In this document: positions 24,886-32,000 of the stretch, piece by piece
Layout: each line of letters opens with the position of its first letter
How positions within the stretch are numbered: the first letter of the stretch is position 1
NCBI RefSeq assembly: GCF_001017655.1
Contig: NZ_CP010904.1
Coordinates: 2,910,001-2,942,000 of the forward strand
Direction: 5' to 3'
DNA: 32,000 nucleotides
From: Kiritimatiella glycovorans
GTDB taxonomy: Bacteria > Verrucomicrobiota > Kiritimatiellia > Kiritimatiellales > Kiritimatiellaceae
Notes under the pieces: model-generated
The model's input: only the letters and a program-made list of their open reading frames with translations
Database searches by the model: none
Told to the model about the DNA's origin: nothing
Translations under genes and position numbers: made by a program

Positions 24886-24950
24886 CGTTTCGCTGAGTAC
24901 GAGAACGATGTGACGCGAGACGGGTTCAGGTTCGGCCGCTAAGATGCCAG
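24886..24950. repeat. Mosaic intergenic repeat, partial Y module (copy e)
   Basis: CGTTTCGCTGAGTACGAGAACGATGTGACGCGAGA...GGCCGCTAAGATGCC parallels 7588-7657. Confidence 0.65.
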
Positions 24951-24977
24951 TCGTGCCGATTTCTGAATATCGCTTTT

Positions 24978-25607
24978 CTACCGGGATGCCGTCTGCGCCA
25001 GCTTATCCAGCTTCATTTCGTCGATAAATTTCGCGGCGGTCTTCTCCTGTCCGGCCCCGTCGACTTCGACAACCACCTGCTCATGAACAGCCACGATCCG
25101 GCAGTCGTCGGGACCGCGCTGCTCCGTAAAGATGTACCAGCCCGCTTTTTCATCCAGCGTTATCCCGCGCTGCTTGAGCATCGGCTTCATCATCGCCGCC
25201 GATTTGGCCATCTGCCGGTAGGGCCTGATCAGTTCAGGCGTGTTCGCAATCATCAGGGTCACATCCCGCTTATCCTCTTTACGGATATAGCGGCGCTCGG
25301 CCTCCATCACGCGTTTCGGGCCGGATGAAGTGGCTGCCGACAAGGTATTGGTTTCTGTTCCGTCAATCTCCCACCCCTCCGGCGCCTCGGGGAGAAACGG
25401 GACGAAGGACGACGTAATCCGTTTGCCGATCCGCGCCACCGCCTGCTGCAGCAGGTCGTGGGCCTCCTTGTAGTGCTCGTTTTTATACGCCTTGCGTGCC
25501 TTCCCGGTCAGCTCGAGGACCGGATCCTGTGCCGCGGAGACGGGAAGCGCGGCAATCAGGCAGACGGCGGAAACAAGGGCGATTCGTGCGGTAACAGAGC
25601 GATTCAT
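24978..25607 (-). CDS. Hypothetical secreted protein
   Basis: The start at 25607 gives a signal peptide (MNRSVTARIALVSAVCLIAALPVSAAQ). I recognise no family. Confidence 0.55.
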   Translation of the reverse strand: MNRSVTARIALVSAVCLIAALPVSAAQDPVLELTGKARKAYKNEHYKEAHDLLQQAVARIGKRITSSFVPFLPEAPEGWEIDGTETNTLSAATSSGPKRVMEAERRYIRKEDKRDVTLMIANTPELIRPYRQMAKSAAMMKPMLKQRGITLDEKAGWYIFTEQRGPDDCRIVAVHEQVVVEVDGAGQEKTAAKFIDEMKLDKLAQTASR

Positions 25608-25828
25608 GACAGCCTCCTTTTCTTCCGGATCTCTCCATTCCATGCGAAGGCAGTCATCCCATAATCAGGAGGACGTGTCAAAAGACCGCTGCGGCGTGGC
25701 CGGGACATGACCCGCCCGGGAGAAGCAGGGATCAACCGCACCCGCTTATCGATGGCGCCGTCTCCGGCCAGCGGGCCTGATTCTTCCGCGTCAGCGATGC
25801 CGGAACAACCGGAGATCGAGTCCTGCGC

Positions 25829-26497
25829 TCAGCCGGATTTATTCAATGCGCCCTGAAGATGAAGCTTATGTGAAAGCACGGCGAGAGTGGATGCGAGGTC
25901 CTCTCGCTGGAGGATAACCTCCTCCGGCACGTGGAGGCGGGTGGGGGTGAAGTTCCATATTCCGCGTATCCCGCCCGCGACCATTGCGTCGGCCACCTCC
26001 TGGGCGACGGCGGCCGGGACGGTGAGGATACCGAGCCGCACGTGCATCCGTCGCGCGAGATCCGCGAGCCGGTCGATATGCAGCACCGTTTTACCGTAGA
26101 TCCTGCGGCCGACCGTCCCGGAGTCGACATCGAACGCGGCGGTGATGCGCAGGCCGTGCTGTTCGAATCCCCTGTACCCGAGCAGGGCCTGACCGAGCGA
26201 ACCCGTGCCGGCGAGAAACGCGTCGGTGGTGTTCGACCAGCCGAGAAACTCCTCGACGGACTCGATCAGTTCATGCAGCGGAAATCCCAGCCGGGGTTTT
26301 CCCCGCGCGCCGGTGATTGCAAGGTCTTTACGGACAACGATCGGGTCCAGCTCCAGTTCGCGCGCCAGAACGGCGCCGGAGGCGTATTCCGCGCCCTCTT
26401 CGCGCATCCGTCGCAGCAGACGGAGATAAAGGGGGAGCCGCTTGAGCGTCGGCACCCCCGCCGTCTTACATGCCATGGCGTCCGGTTGATCACTCAT
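25829..26497 (-). CDS. rex: Redox-sensing transcriptional repressor Rex
   Basis: N-terminal winged helix (LKRLPLYLRLL), Rossmann NADH-binding motif (AGTGSLGQALL), and the ILTVPAAVAQEV...GIRGIWNFTP blocks. An alternative GTG start lies at 26515. Confidence 0.88.
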   Translation of the reverse strand: MSDQPDAMACKTAGVPTLKRLPLYLRLLRRMREEGAEYASGAVLARELELDPIVVRKDLAITGARGKPRLGFPLHELIESVEEFLGWSNTTDAFLAGTGSLGQALLGYRGFEQHGLRITAAFDVDSGTVGRRIYGKTVLHIDRLADLARRMHVRLGILTVPAAVAQEVADAMVAGGIRGIWNFTPTRLHVPEEVILQREDLASTLAVLSHKLHLQGALNKSG

Positions 26498-26645
26498 GAC
26501 CCGTGAGTTAAACACGGGCCCCGCTATATTACGATCTTTTTCAATCGATATTATTATATTTATTGCTTGCCCGCCCGGCGCGCGCAGTGTATCGGTGTTT
26601 ATATATCGATATCAGAGGAGCTATATTAACGAGGGGGGGTACTCC

Positions 26646-29225
26646 ATGACGGATGAAGCGAAAAAGGTATTGCAGGAGATGGTCGATCGTGTGCGAACGG
26701 CGCAGGAGCGCTATGCCGTGTTTGATCAGGAGGCGGTGGACGGGATATTCCGCCACGCCGCCCTCGCGGCGAACCGTGAACGCATCCGGCTTGCCCGCAT
26801 GGCGGCGGAAGAGACCGGCATGGGCATCGTGGAGGATAAGGTCATCAAAAACCACTTCGCGAGTGAATTCATCTACAACAAGTACAAGGACACCCAGACC
26901 TGTGGGGTACTGGAGGAGGACCCCTCGTTCGGGATCCGCCGCATCGCGGAGCCGATCGGGGTAATCGCGGGCGTCGTGCCGACCACCAATCCCACCTCGA
27001 CCGCGATTTTCAAGGCGCTGCTCGCCCTGAAAACCCGCAACGGCATCATTTTTTCGCCGCACCCGCGCGCAAAAGCGTGCACGGCGGAGGCCGCTCGAGT
27101 GGTCGGGCGTGCAGCCGTCGAAGCCGGCGCGCCGGAGGGTTTGATCGCCTGCATTGAGGAGCCTGCCGTCGAATTGTCGAACGCGCTTATGAAGCATCCC
27201 GACATCCGTCTCGTCCTGGCGACCGGAGGGCCGGGCATGGTTCGCGCCGCCTACAGCAGCGGCAAGCCGGCGCTCGGCGTGGGAGCGGGCAATACACCGG
27301 CGGTGATCGATGAAACCGCCTGCGTGCGGACGGCCGTCAACAGCATCCTGCTCAGCAAGACATTCGACCACGGCGTCATCTGCGCCAGCGAACAGAGCGC
27401 CGTAGCCGTGGACGCGGTTTACGGCGAGGTCCGCGACGAGTTCGAGCGGCGCGGGGCGGCTATACTTACGCCCGGCCAGAAAGAAAAAGTCGGCGCCGTA
27501 CTGCTCAAAGACGGAAAACTGAACGCGGCGAACGTAGGCCAGCCAGCGGCAAAGATTGCCGCCGCAGCGGGCATCGAGGTGCCGCCGGAAACAAAGGTGC
27601 TCGTCGCCGAGGTCGATGAGGTCGGCGAACACGAACCCTTTGCCTTCGAGAAGCTCAGCCCGGTGCTGGCCCTCTACCGTGCCCCCGCATTCGACCGGGC
27701 CGTGGACCGGGCCGTGGAGCTGGTGACGTTCGGAGGAATCGGTCACACCTCGGTGCTGTATACCGATCCCCGCAATACGGAGCGCATCGACCGCTTCGGC
27801 GCGCGCATGAAGACCGGCCGGGTGCTGGTCAACATGCCCAGCAGCCAGGGCGCCATCGGCGATATCTACAACTTCAAACTCGAACCCTCGCTCACCCTCG
27901 GCTGCGGGAGCTGGGGCGGCAACAGCGTGAGCGAAAACGTGGGGGTCAAACACCTGATGAACATCAAGACCGTGGCGGAACGGCGCGAGAACATGCTCTG
28001 GTTCCGGGTACCGCCGAAAGTGTACTTCAAGTACGGCTGCCTGCCGGTCGCGATGGGTGAACTGGCCGGGCGGAAGCGCGCGCTTATCGTGACTGACAAG
28101 CCGCTCTACGATCTCGGCTTCGCCGACCGCATCGCCACGGTGCTCGACGGGATGGGCATCGATCACCAGACCTTCTATGATGTCCGGCCCGACCCCGATC
28201 TGGCCACGGTCCGCGCGGGACTGAAGGTGATGACCACGTTCCGGCCGGATGTCGTGATCGCACTGGGAGGCGGCTCGCCGATGGACGCCGCCAAGATCAT
28301 GTGGCTCATGTATGAAAATCCGGGCATGAAGTTCGAGGACATGGCGATGCGGTTCATGGACATCCGCAAGCGGATCTACGCTTTCCCCGAAACGGGTCGC
28401 AGGGCGATCCTGGTCGCCGTGCCGACAACCAGTGGTACGGGTTCGGAAGTGACGCCTTTCGCGGTGGTCACCGACGACGCGACCGGGGCCAAGTACCCGA
28501 TCGCGGACTACGCGCTGACGCCGGACATGGCGATCGTCGATCCGGAGCTGGTGATGCACATGCCGGCGAACCTGACGGCGTACGGCGGCGTGGATGCCCT
28601 GACACATGCCCTCGAGGCGATCGTCAGCGTCCTGAGCACGGAGTTCACAAACTGCCAGGCTCTGGAGGCGGTCAGGCTGCTGTTCAAGTACCTCCCCGAC
28701 GCCTACGAGCACGGTGCGGCGGACCGCAAAGCACGCGAGAAGGTTCATTACGCGGCGACCTTGGCGGGCATGGCGTTCGCCAATGCCTTCCTCGGCGTCT
28801 GCCACAGCATGGCGCACAAGCTCGGCGCCGCGTTCGACCTGCCGCACGGTCTGGCCAACGCGCTGCTGATCGGCGAGGTGATCCGCTACAACGCCACGGA
28901 CCGACCGCTCAAACAGGCCGCCTTCCCGCAATACAGCTGGCCGACGGCCAGGGAGCGGTACGCGCGGGTTGCGGACTACCTGCAGCTCGGCGGCGCAACC
29001 CCGGACGAGAAGGTGGAACGGCTGATCGCCGCGGTCGGGGACCTGAAGCAGCGGCTGGACATACCGGCGACGATACGGGAGGCCGGGGTCCCCGAGGGTG
29101 CATTCCGGGAACGTCTCGACGAGCTGGCTGAAGATGCGTTCGACGATCAGTGCACAGGCGCCAACCCGCGCTACCCGCTCATCGGCGAACTCCGCCGTCT
29201 CTACCGTCGTGCGTACGGGAAATAA
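26646..29225 (+). CDS. adhE: Bifunctional acetaldehyde-CoA / alcohol dehydrogenase
   Basis: 859 aa. N-terminal acylating ALDH domain (catalytic Cys context FDHGVICASEQS) and a C-terminal iron-ADH domain (GGGSPMDAAK, metal-binding His residues in CHSMAHKLG). The ATG at 26646 has a G-rich RBS. Confidence 0.93.
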   Translation: MTDEAKKVLQEMVDRVRTAQERYAVFDQEAVDGIFRHAALAANRERIRLARMAAEETGMGIVEDKVIKNHFASEFIYNKYKDTQTCGVLEEDPSFGIRRIAEPIGVIAGVVPTTNPTSTAIFKALLALKTRNGIIFSPHPRAKACTAEAARVVGRAAVEAGAPEGLIACIEEPAVELSNALMKHPDIRLVLATGGPGMVRAAYSSGKPALGVGAGNTPAVIDETACVRTAVNSILLSKTFDHGVICASEQSAVAVDAVYGEVRDEFERRGAAILTPGQKEKVGAVLLKDGKLNAANVGQPAAKIAAAAGIEVPPETKVLVAEVDEVGEHEPFAFEKLSPVLALYRAPAFDRAVDRAVELVTFGGIGHTSVLYTDPRNTERIDRFGARMKTGRVLVNMPSSQGAIGDIYNFKLEPSLTLGCGSWGGNSVSENVGVKHLMNIKTVAERRENMLWFRVPPKVYFKYGCLPVAMGELAGRKRALIVTDKPLYDLGFADRIATVLDGMGIDHQTFYDVRPDPDLATVRAGLKVMTTFRPDVVIALGGGSPMDAAKIMWLMYENPGMKFEDMAMRFMDIRKRIYAFPETGRRAILVAVPTTSGTGSEVTPFAVVTDDATGAKYPIADYALTPDMAIVDPELVMHMPANLTAYGGVDALTHALEAIVSVLSTEFTNCQALEAVRLLFKYLPDAYEHGAADRKAREKVHYAATLAGMAFANAFLGVCHSMAHKLGAAFDLPHGLANALLIGEVIRYNATDRPLKQAAFPQYSWPTARERYARVADYLQLGGATPDEKVERLIAAVGDLKQRLDIPATIREAGVPEGAFRERLDELAEDAFDDQCTGANPRYPLIGELRRLYRRAYGK

Positions 29226-29300
29226 CCGCGGCGGCGTCCCGGAGCCGTATTCCGGGAAGCGCGGCAGAACCGGACCCGCCGTTAAGCGGGCGGCCGGGCC

Positions 29301-30452
29301 TCACCCGTCGCCCCGCGGGGCGGCGGGCGCCTGTCCGTCTTCGTCGGCCTTCTTCTCCCGGACCAGCTCGGCGCGGGGCGTGAGCATCTTATCGGCCTCA
29401 GCGGCGGGAACGACGTAACGCCAGTCGGCGAAGCGCTGTTGCTGCTTTTCGAGCTTCTCCTTCGCCTCGCGCACTTTTTCGCGGCGGGACTCGAGCTGCT
29501 GTTCATAGCGCTTCTGTGCCGCTTCACCGGGCTTTTCGCCTTCGGCGGCCGGCGCGGGCTTTTCGGGTTCGGGCGGCGCTTCGTAGGCGACGGCCATCTT
29601 CAAGTAGCGTCCCCCGGGGGCGTCGGCGCCGAGCATGAGCGTGTAGGTAAAGCCGTCCTCGCCCTCCACGCGCACGGTGTCCGGCCGGTCCAGCCCGAGC
29701 TGCGCGTCCGTTTTGCCGGGATCGGCCACCGCCGTGAACTCGACCGGGCTGAAGGCGCCGCGCAGGCTGCGCAGGGCCGAGTCTTTCATTTCCATGCCTT
29801 CGGCCAGTTCCGCGAGCTGCAGCGATCCGCCTTCCTTGACGAGCGTGTAGGACTCGTCTCCGGCGGGATCGACCTCGAGACGCGTGATCCTGTATGAGGG
29901 AATGCGCACCAGCTCACTGTCGACCCATTCCAGCGGATCCGGCTTCCACTCGCGCAGCGCGGAATCAATCATCACCACCGGCTTTGCGTCGAGCCGCACA
30001 TAGCGGCCGCCGCCGGCGCGCCGTCCGGAATCCTGCCGGTCCCCCATCCTGAGTTCGGCCAGCACATTCCCCCCGCCGTCCTTGAGGCGCAGGAGCTGCT
30101 CGTCCTCGCCGAGTCCGTAAGTCGAGGGGGTTTCAAGCCCGTCGTACACGCGCTGCACGACGCTCACCTCGCTCAGTTCGCGGAGCCGGCGGGCCAGTTC
30201 GGAAAAGTCGACCGGGTAATCGTGGAGCGCGGGACAGCGCCAGGTCTCTCCGGGGCGGGACAGCGTGAGGCTCTTTTCCGAAGCCGTCAGCTCGATTTCC
30301 CGCACCGCGTTGATGTCGAGACCGGTGAACAGCTCCTCGCCCGGCTGCGGCCCCTCCGCGTCCTGCCGGTCGCCGCGGCGGCCCTGCAGGACGGCGATTC
30401 CGATCAGTACCGCCAGCACAAGCACGAGGGTAATCAGCTTATGATGCGACAT
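29301..30452 (-). CDS. DUF4340-like protein (partner of GldG-type ABC auxiliary components)
   Basis: The ATG at 30452 has an AAGGAG RBS and lies 13 nt after the upstream stop. It has an N-terminal TM anchor, beta-rich repeats and a charged coiled C-terminus. The family call is from memory of the GldG-DUF4340 gene pairing. Confidence 0.6.
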   Translation of the reverse strand: MSHHKLITLVLVLAVLIGIAVLQGRRGDRQDAEGPQPGEELFTGLDINAVREIELTASEKSLTLSRPGETWRCPALHDYPVDFSELARRLRELSEVSVVQRVYDGLETPSTYGLGEDEQLLRLKDGGGNVLAELRMGDRQDSGRRAGGGRYVRLDAKPVVMIDSALREWKPDPLEWVDSELVRIPSYRITRLEVDPAGDESYTLVKEGGSLQLAELAEGMEMKDSALRSLRGAFSPVEFTAVADPGKTDAQLGLDRPDTVRVEGEDGFTYTLMLGADAPGGRYLKMAVAYEAPPEPEKPAPAAEGEKPGEAAQKRYEQQLESRREKVREAKEKLEKQQQRFADWRYVVPAAEADKMLTPRAELVREKKADEDGQAPAAPRGDG

Positions 30453-30465
30453 AACCTCTACTCCT

Positions 30466-32000
30466 TTATCTTCCCGCACGCCGGCGCCGGATGCCGTGTA
30501 CGACGCCGAAGACCGCGACCACGAGGGGCACGGCGCCGATATTGATGACCTTGAGCATCAGCCCGAGCTTTTCGATATCACGCCGGAGATTCTTACGGAC
30601 CTCCTTGAGCTGCTGCTGGATTTCAAAGCGTTTGGTGCGGAACTTCTCGATCTCGTCCTTCTGCTCCGGCGAGAGGATGTATTCCTGCTGGTCCTCCCGG
30701 GCGCGTTGCAGTTCGCGCAGCCGTCCCTGCAGTTCGCGCAGCTCCTGCTGAAGCCGCTCTTCCTCCGCTTTCCAGCGCTCCTCCGCCCTGCGCTCGAGTT
30801 CGCGCACCTTTGTGAACGGGCGGTCGTACGAGCCGCGGCTGCGCAGCCCGATCAGGGCCTCGCTGCCGGTTATCTGTTCGACCAGGTTCAGGGCGAAGTT
30901 GAGGTTGTCGTTGAGCGGCCGGCTGGTCGTCTGGCCGAAGAAGTTCATCTCCTCGATGCAAAACCGGTCGTAAAGCATATCCGCATCCCCCACCAGCACC
31001 GCGATCGCATCGCCGTCGCTCTGATCGATGTGCGCTTCGGTCTCCTGCGTCTGCTCTTCCGGCTCTCCGTTCCCGTCCTCTTCGCCCGCGGCCTGCGGAT
31101 CCTCCGGCGGACCGTCCGGGAAGGCGGAGGCGAACGAGCCGCTCACGCGCAGCGCCAGGGTACGGGTCTCCGCCGCTCCGGCGGGGCGCCCGCCGCCGAA
31201 CTGCGCCTGCATGCCCTGCTGGAGGCGCGCATCGCCGCTCGATTCGATCAGCCGGTCGACCTCTACGCCGTCCTTCGGCGTAACGTCAAACGCCCCGGCG
31301 AACGGCATCAGCATGAAGTTCAGACCGCTCGTGGCGGGATCCTCGGGATCGAAGCCGCTCTCGCGCACGCTGAGGAACGTATTGTTGCGTTCGGCGCGCC
31401 CCTGCCCCGCCCCGACCATACTGCCCAGCGCCGGGTCCCAGACCACGCCCTGCGCGGAGCGGATGCCCCAGCCTCCGGTCAGGCGGTCCAGGTTCGAGGC
31501 CATGCCCTGCTGCATCGCCTGCATCCCGCCCATCGGGCTGGTCATCTGCTGCACGAGGCACATCGGGTCGGTGAACGCCAGCAGCCGGCCGCCGCGCAGC
31601 ACGAACTGGTCGATCGCGTAGAGCGTCTTTTCGGACAGTCCCGCCGGATGAACCAGCAGGAGGGCGTCGAGGTCTTCCGGGATCGTTTCCGCGGAGGTCT
31701 CCACGCGGCGCACCTCCACCTGCTTGCGCAGCTCCTCGACCAGTGCCCACGGGCCGCCGCCGCGCTGCTGCGGGTTGTAGGGATTGCGCGGCGCGCCCAT
31801 GACGGGCAGCGGGCTGAGTACGCCCAGCACCGGCTGATCCTCGCGCGTGACCTCGTACAGCATGCGCGTCAGGTGGTACTCGAGGCGCGGCTCCATCTGG
31901 GGGGCGAGGAACGGCAGGACCGCCTCCTGCTTCCCGCTGACCGCCACCACGCCGAAGTAGAGCCCGGCCGGCGAAAAGGGATCGACGGACTGACTCTCCA
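30466..32000 (-). CDS. GldG-like ABC-transporter auxiliary component (ABC_transp_aux), 5' end outside the window
   Basis: Blocks LLLVHPAGLSEKTLYAIDQFVLRGGRLLAFTDP and NDNLNFALNLVEQITGSEALIGLRSRG, with a C-terminal TM helix. The frame stays open to the window edge. Confidence 0.75.
   Translation of the reverse strand, partial: ESQSVDPFSPAGLYFGVVAVSGKQEAVLPFLAPQMEPRLEYHLTRMLYEVTREDQPVLGVLSPLPVMGAPRNPYNPQQRGGGPWALVEELRKQVEVRRVETSAETIPEDLDALLLVHPAGLSEKTLYAIDQFVLRGGRLLAFTDPMCLVQQMTSPMGGMQAMQQGMASNLDRLTGGWGIRSAQGVVWDPALGSMVGAGQGRAERNNTFLSVRESGFDPEDPATSGLNFMLMPFAGAFDVTPKDGVEVDRLIESSGDARLQQGMQAQFGGGRPAGAAETRTLALRVSGSFASAFPDGPPEDPQAAGEEDGNGEPEEQTQETEAHIDQSDGDAIAVLVGDADMLYDRFCIEEMNFFGQTTSRPLNDNLNFALNLVEQITGSEALIGLRSRGSYDRPFTKVRELERRAEERWKAEEERLQQELRELQGRLRELQRAREDQQEYILSPEQKDEIEKFRTKRFEIQQQLKEVRKNLRRDIEKLGLMLKVINIGAVPLVVAVFGVVHGIRRRRAGR

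Overview
High-GC (~65%) bacterial chromosomal window. The gene content (sulfatase remnant, SHD1-type secreted protein, GH5 glycosidase, GldG/DUF4340 module, Rex plus AdhE) suggests an anaerobic, polysaccharide-degrading PVC-group organism (Kiritimatiellota/Lentisphaerota/Verrucomicrobiota-like); this taxonomic guess is inference only. Gene order runs: a group II intron (minus strand, continuing past coordinate 1) whose RT gene is split by an IS3-family element; a 5'-truncated sulfatase; an SHD1-like secreted protein; an intact IS256-family element with 8-bp target duplications; a LacI-family regulator; a HAD hydrolase; a near-consensus promoter plus ~250 nt of unexplained non-coding sequence; rarA, 5-formyl-THF cyclo-ligase and RNase Y; two translationally coupled DUF21/CBS (CorC/HlyC-type) genes; a TPR lipoprotein; TraB/GumN; a secreted hypothetical; a tRNA(CAT); GH5; a secreted hypothetical; Rex divergent from AdhE; and DUF4340 plus a GldG-like protein that runs off the window. 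The stand-out feature is one uninterrupted 1116-aa ORF (19259-22609). It fuses 2-oxoacid dehydrogenase E1alpha, E1beta, a lipoyl swinging-arm domain and a complete FabH-type KAS III (Cys-His-Asn), with no E2 catalytic core. I do not recognise this architecture as characterised. It implies a CoA-independent hand-off of an acyl group from 2-oxoacid decarboxylation into fatty-acid or polyketide priming. The second notable signal is a mosaic, modular intergenic repeat family seen at six loci. It contains GTACTC hexamer arrays, CATGAAGNN nonamer arrays and a conserved GCGCC-GAA-GGCGC hairpin core, and it includes a hairpin with a compensatory base change between copies. One copy hosts the group II intron, and another sits next to the tRNA together with a 106-bp structured tandem duplication. 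Most long ORFs antisense to the called genes are high-GC artefacts.
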